This document shows, in pieces, positions 38,403 through 50,759 of a DNA stretch of 64,000 nt. Positions within the stretch are counted from its first letter, which is position 1, and each line of letters starts with the position of its first letter. This stretch comes from Octopus vulgaris (Eukaryota). The position numbers were made by a program, and so were the translations under genes. The stretch lies in contig OX597817.1 of the NCBI GenBank assembly GCA_951406725.2, forward strand, positions 97,154,001-97,218,000. The letters are read 5' to 3'. The notes under the pieces are model-generated. The model saw nothing but the letters and a program-made list of their open reading frames with translations, had not been told where the DNA came from and did no database searches.

Positions 38403-38406
<4 letters not shown>
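37521..38406 (+). mobile_element. R4/Dong family A: pre-RT/RT-start segment joined directly to the 3' end
   Basis: NWKAPGHDKIPNFWLK..YIPITCLPTMYK, then a jump at ~38255 to ..ATTGCACTACT.. and the 3'UTR. Confidence 0.85.
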
Positions 38407-38459
<53 letters not shown>

Positions 38460-38460
<1 letters not shown>

Positions 38461-39016
38461 TGCCCTGATGCAGTACCAGGCAGTGGCTCTCATGGCTTCT
38501 GATCTTAACTGATTGGAAGTGTTATCATGTACATTGTTTTGTCTTGGTATAAAAGATGGGCTACAGCAAATATTCTGCTCAATACCACAGATTTGCTCGT
38601 CAGTTGTTTGACCTTAACCAGTTGAGCCTGTCCCTTAGTGGCTGACGATATGTGCATCTCTGATCACGAGCAGAAGTAGTGGGGGAGCATCATAGCCATG
38701 TGTTGAGAGGGATTCTTTGGGGTTTGAATAATTCACCTCTGGAAACATGGGTGGTTCTTTCAACATCCTTAAACAACCCTTATTCAGGGACCTTTTGAGC
38801 GGGATGGGCTACTCAACCTGAAGAAAATTCTAACTGGGCCCCACCTGCAAGGTCATGAGCTGTTTATCTTGATATGAGATCACCATGTCGCGCACATATG
38901 GTTGTGATGCATGTGCCTGGTGTACCTTTATCAGACGGGTAGTCATGATGGGTATACTGGGCTTCGTATATTTTACCCCAGTGTCACTTTGATGGCATGC
39001 ACTGCTCTCTCACTCA
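38460..39016. mobile_element. 555-bp non-coding element, copy 3 (best preserved)
   Basis: ATGCCCTGATGCAGTACCAGG...CTCTCTCACTC between (TAA)n runs. Confidence 0.88.
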
Positions 39017-39041
39017 ATAATAATAATAATAATAATAATAA

Positions 39042-40734
39042 TATGGATGGCCTAAAACTATACGCTGCAAATGACAAACAGCTGGAAACACTATTAAAGA
39101 CAGTTCATGGATTTACCAAAGAAATAGATATGAAATTTGGATTAGAAAAATGCGCCAAAGTAACCCTGAAAAGAGGAAAACTAGTTAAGAGTAGCAACAT
39201 CACACTAGATAATACCAATGAAATAAAAAAATTAGACCAAAACCAAACTTACAAATACTTAGGAATCCATGAACTAGATAAGACACAATACACACAAATG
39301 AAAGAGAAAATAAAAAAAGAATATCATAGACGAGTTAGATCAATACTAAAAACAGAGCTCAATGCTAAAAACAAGATAATAGGTATTAACACTTTAGCTA
39401 TCCCAGTTATCAGTTACAGCTACAATATCCTTAACTGGACACTAAATGAACTGAATAAAATAGATAGGAAAACAAGAAAAATAATGACAGGATCTAGGAT
39501 GCATCACCCAAAATCTGACATAGAAAGACTATATATACAACGTATAGAAGGTGGTAGAGGCCTTATACAGCTGGAAAACTACTATAAAATAACCACCATA
39601 GGACTGCAAAAATATCTACTTCAGAAGGAAGGAAAACTGATACAAATAGCGGCAAAACACGAGCAAACCAAAAAACTGTTCTCAGTATTTAAGGAAGCTG
39701 ACAAATACAAACAAGAAATCATACCACCTAATAAATATGAAGAAGAAGAAGAAGAAGAAGAAGAAGAAGAAGAAGAAGAAGAAGAAGAAGAAGAAGAAGA
39801 AGAAACAACAAAAGCTATAAAACAAAGGAAATCCAAACTGAAAATAGAACAGCAACGAACCATGGTAAAACGATGGCAAGAAAAGCCCCTTCATGGTAAA
39901 TACTGGACTAAACTAAACGCAAAAGAAATAGACAAAGAAAAATCCCAGCAATGGTTGAGAAGCTCAGGACTCAAAGCAGAGACAGAGGGATTTTTAATTG
40001 CAGCACAAAACCAAAGCCTCCCCACCAGAAATTACCAAAAACATGTAATGAAAAGAAATATAACAAGTAACTGCAGAATATGTGGAGATGGACAAGAAAC
40101 AATAAATCATATTATCTCTGGCTGTCCAGTCCTGGCTAAGAAGGAATATATTCACAGACATGACAGAGTTGGAACCTACATAAATTGGAAGCTATGCCAA
40201 CATTATGGAATAACAACAGAAAAAAGATGGTATAGGCACACACCAGAAAAGGTCACAGAAAACGAGAAAGCAACCATACTCTGGGATATGCCGATACACA
40301 CAGATAGAGAAATTAAGGCCAACAGACCAGATATAGTTGTCAGAGATCATGAAGAAAAAAATGCTTTCTAATTGATGTATCAATACCGGCGGATGACAAT
40401 GTGTCTCTAAAAGAAATGGAGAAACTCTCAAAATACAAAGACCTGGAAATAGAGGTAACCAGAATGTGGAATCTAAAAACAGAAACAATTCCTATCATAG
40501 TAGGTGCATTAGGCATGATAAAAAAATATTCAGACAAATACATAACAAAAACGCCTGGACTTACAAACACATATAACATACAGAAAATTGCACTACTAGG
40601 CACTGCACACATCCTACGCAGAACACTTTCCATACAATAACCATAAGAGCATCACAACAAATCACAGCACATACCTAAGGCACACAGAGCTGCGCTCGGT
40701 AGTGAAGTGAAAGCACGCTATAAAAATAAAACTA

Positions 40735-40738
<4 letters not shown>
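39042..40738 (+). mobile_element. R4/Dong family A 3' half (from RT catalytic motif to 3'UTR), nearly intact
   Basis: MDGLKLYA..FGLEKC..YKYLG..GGRGL..CRICG..RHD..RPD..KYKDL. In-frame (GAA)n poly-Glu expansion; one 1-nt shift in an A-run. Confidence 0.92.
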
Positions 40739-40775
<37 letters not shown>

Positions 40776-40862
40776 GCATCACAACAAATCACAGCACATA
40801 CCCAAGGCACACAGAGCTGCGCTCGTTAGTGAAGTGAAAGCACTCTATAAAAATAAAACTAC

Positions 40863-40928
<66 letters not shown>

Positions 40929-40959
40929 AAGAAGAAGATGAAGAAGAAGAAGAAGAAGA

Positions 40960-42705
40960 ACACCGGGGGACGTTTAACATGTGAGAGCGATGAAACAGTG
41001 CTCCGAAATCTATCCACAAACATCGGAAACAAAGACATTGCATGGAGCCAAAACATAACTGACAAAGGATTGGACTATATCCGAGTAAGTAATACTCATT
41101 GAAATCTATTGCTATTTTCCAAACGAAATTATGTATTTTAACTCGATATCATCTCCAACCATGTAAACATGCTTGATACATTACTATCCATCAACAACAG
41201 ATCATCTCCGGCCCCAAACACCATGTACAAAAAAACTACGAATAAATTAAATAATACCGGTATTATTCAACCCAAGAATAACAAATTTGTAACACAAAAA
41301 GTACGAAAAACTACACGTGCAAAACAATGTGACAACAGAAATGAACGGACCGGTACCCTACGAAAATGACGACCATCAAAATAATGGGCCGGACGTTGTT
41401 CCTCATGTCCCACAAATAAAACCAAAAAGGCATAAATGGACACGTGAGGAATACATTTCAATCATACACGCTTACTTTACAGCAGTGCTCTACCCAAAGA
41501 ACGAAATCACAACAACATATACATATAAAATATGGAAGAAAAATAACATAAACAAAGACTTGAATACAGCAATGTACCCTAATAAACTAGCTAACGTACG
41601 AAGATATATTCTCAACGCAAAAAAAAATATCAGAAATAGAAACAGAACATTTAAAAGAAAAAATACATCAGGAAAATGTAGATAGAAGCCACACAACAAT
41701 GCCAAATAATATAAACACTGAGATAGTAAAACACGAAGACAAACGTAACATTTCCAACAAAAACGATATAAACAAAAAACAACAAACCCAAACCGTAAGG
41801 ATGCATAATAATGCACGACAAGCAGCAAGCCAAAACACGACAGATAAACATACGAATGAGAAAGAAAGCGACACAAATCTAAAACCTGGATACAACGAAG
41901 GGGAGCCTAATGATTATGATACTATAAAAAGTAGAATAATCAAAGAACTGAAAAACACAGATCTCAAAATAGATCTCAAAATAGACTACCTCCCAAAAAT
42001 CAAAATAGACAAAAAAACAACATCAATTATAAACAGCATAAACCTAGCCGTCACAGAACTAATAGCCACTGAAACAAATAGCGATATCACTGAGCTAAAT
42101 GACTTAGTATATGCAGCAGCCACTGTAGCCACAAAAGAAGCTGGATACTCCCTCAAACCCATCCAAACAGAAGTACCACCACCCAAACAAACCCTGTGGA
42201 TAAATAACATTAAAAAAATACAAAAAGTGAGAAAAGATCTGTTGATTCTTAATGAAATCAGTAGACAATCAACGCTACTAAGCAACAAAAAGAAAACAAA
42301 AATATTGTGCAAATACAACATCACAGAAAAAGATTTACCCGAGATAAAAGAAAAGCTGAAGCAAGATATCCTTGCCAAAGCACAAAGGATCCGCCGGTAC
42401 AAGAAACGCCAACGCTTCTTTGAAGAAAACAAAAAGTTCAACTCCAACCCCAAAAAGTTCTACCAAGAACTGGGAAAAAATAAAATAGACATCACTGCAG
42501 CACCAACGGCAGAAGAAGTGGAAGAATTCTGGAAAAAAATATGGTCGGCGAAAGAACAACAAAAAAAAAAAGGGATATTAAAACAACAAACTCAGCATCT
42601 GAGCAACTCTGAACCCCTATAACAACTGAAGAGGTCACCCAGGCACTGCAAAGACTAAGCGATTGGAAGGCACCTGCTATCAAACACGATATAAAAATAA
42701 AACTA

Positions 42706-42710
<5 letters not shown>
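40960..42710 (+). mobile_element. R4/Dong family A 5' portion joined to the terminal ~30 bp
   Basis: KRHKWTREEYISII N-terminal motif; overlaps 37521-37980 sequence; ends ..WKAP then AAACACGATATAAAAATAAAACTACTG(AAT)n. Confidence 0.8.
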
Positions 42711-42800
<90 letters not shown>

Positions 42801-42813
42801 CAACAACAACAAC

Positions 42814-42889
<76 letters not shown>

Positions 42890-42893
<4 letters not shown>

Positions 42894-43330
42894 AAGCGCT
42901 TTGGGTATGACAAAAAACATAAAAAAGCGCAGAAGCTATACCTGGATCATTATACTACACGCTATCTAAAAAAAATAGCCATGCTTGGAACAGTTCATAT
43001 CCCACGCAAGACACCATATATTCAATAATTGAACGTAAACAAAGCAATCCACAAACACAAGACACAATCTATACAGCAATTATCCAATGACATAAACTGT
43101 CACTAGCAAGCAGATTAACGAAGGTATCACACACTCTCAACACACAATACAAAGAGTAATACAACAAAAGACTGCACCACACCTCAAAAGAAAAAAAACC
43201 TGACGCAATAAAATACGGGAAGAGTTTGCACAATCCCAACAACAGAAAAGATCACACAATGCTGCATACTCCCCGACAACATAGAGGAGTAGCAGGTGAT
43301 GTAGTAGAAATTTGCCTGAAACTAACAAAT
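42890..43330 (+). mobile_element. R4/Dong-like short 3' end, other family
   Basis: ALGM..KKIAMLGTVHIPRK motif followed by a UTR and (TAA)n. Confidence 0.6.
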
Positions 43331-43332
43331 GT

Positions 43333-43395
<63 letters not shown>

Positions 43396-43639
43396 GACAA
43401 GACGAAGAGCGCGATGCGATTGCAATAGGTATATTATTGGTTGAACAATATGTCGACAGTAAGCCTGTCTTTGTCGAGTTCAAAATAAAAAGTGATAAAA
43501 ATTCAAACTTATAGAAATTCAAATCTAAACTAAGAACGAGAGCAATCAGCGTCCACACGTTGATGGAATGTCATCATCAGTCTCTAAGTTTTAATTTTAT
43601 AAGTAGCAAAAAGAAAAAGACAGAAAAAAAGGAAAGAAA

Positions 43640-44910
43640 AAAAGAAAGGAAAAATAAGAAGAAAATTCAGTCAAACAGTTTTGTGTAAATTTGACGAAAT
43701 CAAAGCTAAATGGTCCTAATCTAGTGAAGGCTGTAAATACATGGGCAGTGTCGTTATTTAGATACTCAGCAGTTTTTGTAGATTGGACGAAAAACTGAAT
43801 TAGCAAAGCTAGACAGAAGAACTAGGAAGGAATTCAATATGAATGGAGGACTCCACCCAAGGGCAGGAGTAGCAAGGTTATATCTACCTAGAAAGGAAGG
43901 TCGAAGAGGGATGATATCAGTGGAAAACTGCGTGGAGTTAGCTAGAGTAGATATAGAAAGTTTATCAAAAGCTGCTAGAATCATAGCAAGTCATAAGTAA
44001 ACCAAAACAACAAACGAACTTAAAAACCAAAATAACCTCAGAAATTATCTGACTGGCAGGAGAAGGCGTTGCATGGTAGATTCCCAAAGATAGTTTCAGC
44101 ATATAGTACTCGTGAGACATGGTTATGGCTGCAGAAGGCTAAAGCTGAAGAGGGAAACAGAAAGTTTGTTAGTAGCTGTACAAGATTAAGCACTAAGGAC
44201 TAATTGGATAAAAGCCAAAATAGAGAAAAACCAAGCAAATTCCCAATGTAGATTATGCAAATCAAAAGAGGAAAGCTTACTCATATAGTAAGTGAATTTA
44301 GCATTCTGCATAGAAAGAATACAAGAAAAGACATGACAATCTAGGGAGAGCAATCCACAGGGAGCAATGTAGAAAGCTAGGATCTGAACATACCAATAAA
44401 TAATATGAACATGAACCTAGTAAATTACTAGAAAGTAAGAAATACAAGATGTTGTGGGACTTTAGCATTCAGACTAACAGTGTAATAGAAGCTAGAAGGC
44501 CTGATTTGGTAGTAGTAGCAGATAAAGATAATAGAAAGTTCCAGGTAATTGACTTTACAGTCCCAAATGATAAAAAAATAATATGAGCGGTATAGAAAAA
44601 TAGCAATGTATCAGGACCTAGCTATTGAATTACAGAGACTATGGAAAGTGAGAGTAAATTGTATTCCAGTAGTTACAGGTGCATTGGGAACTATCCCTAA
44701 AGATCTGAACAGATGGATAGAGAAAATAGGCATAAAACCCAGTTTAGTACAGTTACAGAAAACAGTGTTATTGGGGACAGCTAGGAGGGTTCTTGAAATC
44801 CGAGGTTACTTGCTGTAACCCAATAGAAGGATTCTTGGCATCTAAAGCAACTTGTGGCCCGATGTTAGGATTCTTTTCCAACAGTCTAATTTGTTGAGTG
44901 TATATGAATA
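43640..44910 (+). mobile_element. Degraded R4/Dong family (RT thumb to RLE)
   Basis: LHPRAGVARLYLPRKEGRRG, LWDFSIQT..RRPDL, YQDLAIELQRLW..LQKTVLLGT. Confidence 0.85.
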
Positions 44911-44949
44911 ACAACATCAACAACAATAATAATAATAATAATAATAATA

Positions 44950-45495
44950 AATGACAGATAGTACAAAAAGGAAAATAATAATATCAGTGATGATAATATT
45001 AATGAAATTAAGTGGTTGGAATCTCCCTATGCTCTGATTGATGATACATCAAGTGATGGTGTCACACTAAAGAGACTGGTAATTGCGCAACCTGATAATC
45101 GCTAGCTCATATGAGTGACAATGAAAAAACAAAATATTGTGAATAACGGTGATAATGAAACTGAAGCCCTTGATGATGACAGTGTTACACCCGGAAGGTT
45201 CAGAGATACTGGTTCGGCTCCAGCCTGTCGTTATCCAGCAAGGGACCAGCATACATGGCGTAGATGGAACAAACAAGTCAATGCCGTGGTCATGGCACCT
45301 GAGCAATCCCGTAGGCGACATGGAACAAATAGGGTCTGCAATAAGGGTGGAGCACTTGCAGAAAACAACATTGCTTGGGACCGCTCGAATACTCCGGATA
45401 GTGCTGGGAAAATAAGGGGTGTTACATTAGTTCACTGGAAGTGAACAGCTGGCACCGTAGTGCATCTCCAGCGTTAGAAGTTGTGCAAAGACAAT
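44950..45495 (+). mobile_element. Internally deleted Dong-like element (5' region fused to family C 3' end)
   Basis: TWRRWNKQVNAVVM N-terminal-like motif, then VEHLQKTTLLGTARILR and the family C UTR. Confidence 0.55.
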
Positions 45496-47448
45496 AAATA
45501 ATAATAATATTTTATTGGCTACAAAGGCTGAAAAACATTTTGGACAACAGAAAGAGAAAGGATGGTGGGGATTTGCATAAATACATTTACACAATAAAAT
45601 CAATAAGAACAAAATTATATAAATGAGTTCCCCAAGAGAGGAAAACGCCACCTAGGGGTGAGCTAGGGACTCCATTAATCCCGAGTCACCCAGCTCACCA
45701 GGAGTACAAGGCAAGTGCTCCCCTCTTCGGACTTTTTATTCTGCTGGCACAGGCTTAGAGTAGATTCATTCAATCATCTTTTAACAAATTTACTCGAGGT
45801 TAGCACTTTCACTTTCTTTTCGAAGAAGTCGATAAGGGGTTGACTGAAAAGGAAAGTGTCTGTCTTCAGTCCTTTCAGTCGCGTCCACCGCACAACCTCT
45901 TTCTCCATAGCCACATGTCAGAAGGAAACTGGCTGCCTTTCCCGGGCAAAGGAAGGTGGTGGGACAACATCCTATACGTTTAGCAACTGTTTAACATAAC
46001 TCCACAAGTTATAAATGCAGGAGCACTGTATGAACGCGTGCAGGACGGTTTCCTCACTCTGCGCGCTTCTCAGGCAGGCACAGTTGACTACACTTCCATC
46101 CCTGTAGATTTTATCCAGAACTGGCAATATCCCCATCCCCGGTAGCACTGCAAAGTCAGGGATTTCTGGGTATCATCCATGGGCCTCGACTCGAAAGTCC
46201 TCCAGAAAACATCAGTAAGTTGATTTTCATCGACACCCAGAGTTTCCGTGAGGATGTCGTCGCAATAACTCACCACTAATCCTCTACAAAATGCTATGAC
46301 ATTGCTCGGCTGATGGACAGCTGTGAGGCCCTGACAATACTCTAGGTGTCAAATGCCCTGCCTCGGTCTACGCTTGATTCAGTACTGTAGTTCTGTCAAA
46401 GAAACGAGATGCGGAAAAGCGCATCAAGCAAACGTCAATGATGCCTGCACATCATTAGCTAATGTATATCCGGGCCTCGACGCGACGGATGTTGATAGCC
46501 AATGGAACGTCTGACCAACAGAACCCATCCCTTCTACAGAGAGCGTAAGAGCAAGTCCTCCATTCTGGTCAGTTATGAAGCAAGTCAAGGCATGATGGTC
46601 AGGCGATAGTAGAACATGTATGCAATATAGGCATTTGCTACCACCACCCAGCCCTTCGGAAAAAGTCTCCTCTCAGCCTATTCCTAAGTGAGATTATCTT
46701 GTTAGTTACCTCATCCTAGTTCTTATTTACCTAGAAGTTTGGACCTGACCAAACCAAACCCCGAGCAATTTAACCGGTCCGTACATCCCGTGCCCAACGA
46801 CGACTTTAGACGGAATGGACCTGCCTTTCAAGGTTCACTGACTTTTCTAGGCTAATTATCGATCCTGTTACAGCCTCGTACACACTTACAGCGGTGCCGA
46901 TCACCTCGTTGTGCTTGGACACAGCTTTTCCATATCTTAGTTTTCACGAGATGTTCTTCAATATCCATAGTTTCTGGAGTAGTGACTTTTAGAGTCAACA
47001 AATATAAAAGAGACGAAAGTGACCAACCTTGCCAGACTGAGCGCATGATGCTGAATGGTTCCGATAGGTAGCCTAGGTAAACTCTGACTACTAAGATGTC
47101 GCTCTGCATTGTGACGACCCAGCCTCTGAAAATTGATCCCAAACGGGCCACTTTGAGGACAGCTGCCAAGTACCAATGGTCAATCCTATTGAAACCTTTA
47201 GGTTCTTTACCCACACTCATCAGGAGTGGATGTCGTAGGTTGCTCTGCTTTGGGTATATTTGCGAAGCGTTGTATTACTTTTGAATACTGTCCTGATGTA
47301 ATATGGGCCGCTCAGTAACAATCTATTAAGCAATAACTACCCTAAAAGCATAGTCTCCACTCCATTTATGAAGAAAAGAGCATATTGCGTAGTGGTTAAG
47401 AGCGCGGGCTACTAACCCCAAGATTTCGAGTTCGATTTCAGGCAGTGA

Positions 47449-48107
<659 letters not shown>

Positions 48108-48203
48108 TATAATAATAATGATGATGATGATGATGATAATAATAATAATAACAACATCGAAAAATACCTTAGGAATGAGAACCCAGTTTCGAAATGTCCC
48201 CAA

Positions 48204-48249
48204 GACACATGATGAAGGCTGGAGGGTATATCAGCCGAAACGTTGTGTT
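48204..48249 (+). ncRNA. Minimal type I hammerhead ribozyme motif (C3>A in this copy)
   Basis: GACAC-ATGATGA-A-GGCTG..CAGCC-GAAA-CG-TT-GTGTT. Stems I and II pair; stem III is the palindrome ACGT. Confidence 0.65.
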
Positions 48250-49246
48250 AACAACAAACAAGATGAGGACAAATATCCGTCAATTGTAAATAATGTAAGT
48301 AATGTACATAATTCCTCATCTCATAAATATAGAACCGAAAAAGCGAGATGTTACTAAGAAAAGTTCCAGACACACGAAGAAATCTGACAACTTTACTCCA
48401 GTGGGTGCATAGATAGCTACTAGTCTGAAAGTATGACCTTGACTGATGATCACGTCCAGGACTAGTGACTTACCTTCTGGCTCCAGGATGGTCCGTATCT
48501 TATGATCTAGCTCTTTCCAAAATAACACAACTGCACCACTGTCCGTTCCCGATAGATCCGATGATACATAGAAGTCGTAACTGCCAAGGATGGTCGCGAA
48601 AATTCGTACCTCGGAAATTCTAGGCCCCATGATAGCGACAATATCTATATCTAGTGACCTAAAGTCATTGGAAAGGTGGCCCTTCTTACCAGATGGCGCT
48701 GGCCACGTTCATTCACACTGCTTACTCTGGATATGACCATGTTCGACAAGAGGGAGAAAAGTGGCGTAGACCACTTATCTTATTACTGTGGAAAGACAGG
48801 TGTTATATCCTTCCGGCTATTTGAAAGTGTTTCTACAAGCTATTCTTTGTAAAGTCATTTATTCATATTTCCTTGGAAATATTTAATTCCCTTGGGATGT
48901 TTTGATTTCAGTCTGTCATATGTTTCTTTACTTGTTTTTATGATTTTGATTTGGAATGTAATGTGGTAAAGTGATGTCGTCATTGTGTGTAATGTTTGTG
49001 TTGATGAACATATTTCATTAAGTACTTGTTGTTTGTGTCTATGGCTATGTACTTGATTATCCGTTTTGTTTGTGCGCTTTCAGGCTTATGTTCTTGTTGG
49101 TGTGGATTGTGTTGTATTTTCATTTGTGGTAGTGTTTCTAATGCAGGAGGTGTTTGTGGTTGCATTGGTTTGTGATGTGTGTTTGTTTGTCAGTTTCTCT
49201 GGATCCTCACCTAAGCTATTCCTTTTTTGTCTGATGTAACATTTAA

Positions 49247-49331
<85 letters not shown>

Positions 49332-50470
49332 ATCTATTCTTGTGATTCATTCAAAATGTTTTCTTTACAAGGCGAGTTTTTGCAATCAAAGAAATATGTG
49401 TCAGAGGAAAAGATATATCTGCGCGATTGGGTATAGTCAGTATTTATGTTTGTAGTCTGGCTGGCTGGTTGGTGTAGATAGGATTTCTTTGAGCTGTTGT
49501 GGTGTTTGTAATATTTTTCTGGCCTGTGGTGTTGATGTCTGATGCTGTAATTGTTGAATGTGTTTCTGTTGTTATTCTTTTTGATGCGGTTGCTGCTAAT
49601 TTTGGTGTTTCTGTTCTTGGTACTTCTACCGATAGTGTTGTTGCTTTTGTTGTTGATATTGATATTGTGGCGAAGTTGTCAGCAGAAGAGGAAATGGCCC
49701 TACTTCTTTATTTTGTAGTAAACAAACTGCTCTTAGATGGTTCGAGTCCCCATATATGTAGCATCTCGGCTTTATGCCTTTAATTGCTATGAAAGGCTGT
49801 GAGCCATTTGGGAGGTTGATCAAGTCAGGGATAGCCGCTATGCTTTCTTGGTTTGTGTGGATTAATAATTTTATCTCTGTGCCCAACTAATCTTCCTTTT
49901 CCAGTTTTTGAGCTCATTAAATATTTCTTTTATTTTCCACACCGTAAAATACGACCGCCACCGGCAAGGAGATATCTATTTCTGGTAGTATCTTACTCAT
50001 CTCTATTTATGCTGGTCTCCGATGGAGTTATGTTGGAATCAAGAACAGTTCATCGCTCTTCAAGGTTGTGGTTGAATTTTCCTTTGCTTCTACCTCTCTT
50101 TGAAACCTTACCCCAGCTGTGCTAAAATATCATTCTCGACTGACATAGGTATTTCTGTTCCAGCTACTAGTTAGTTTAATAACTAAATGGTACCACAAAA
50201 CATGAAATAGTTATATTGAAAACAATATAATTCGATAACAACTTACAATATCTTTTCTTTGCAATTACAATAATGATGATGTTGATGATAATTGGACATA
50301 TATGACCGTATGCTATGACACTTAGTATTTAACTTTTCTAGTATGTAGACACTTTTGCACCTATCTAGAGAGTAGTTATTTTCTTAGCCGTAATAAGAAG
50401 CATTTTTGCTTGGGAAACAGTGAAGGCTTGCAAAATTATAAATATGTAGGTAGATAGTCATACATACAGG

Positions 50471-50506
<36 letters not shown>

Positions 50507-50540
50507 TACGCACACATTTACATACACACACATTACATAC

Positions 50541-50613
<73 letters not shown>

Positions 50614-50706
50614 TATACATACATAGATATATGCGTAATCAAGATCCGAGAGTTTCGTGCGTTAACGCACGAAACTCTTAGTCCTTCAGTCGCTCTGTTG
50701 TTTCTG

Positions 50707-50756
<50 letters not shown>

Positions 50757-50759
50757 GTT

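Larger units (their letters stand above)
23628..45500 (+). repeat. Array of >12 co-oriented R4/Dong LINE fragments separated by (TAA)n microsatellites
   Basis: Repeated CRxC..ETxxH..C, RHD, ILWD, RPD, KYxDL and QKxALLGT motifs, each fragment ending in a 3'UTR and (TAA)n. Confidence 0.92.

Noticed and set aside
40351-40370. Shared frameshift (EEKNAF*) in two Dong A copies as a recoding site
   Set aside because: The copy at ~3512-3519 has 8 A's and keeps the frame, while these have 7, which points to homopolymer variation.
23628-45500. CRISPR-like repeat-spacer array
   Set aside because: Repeats are variable-length TAA runs, the spacers are LINE fragments, there are no cas genes, and the context is eukaryotic.
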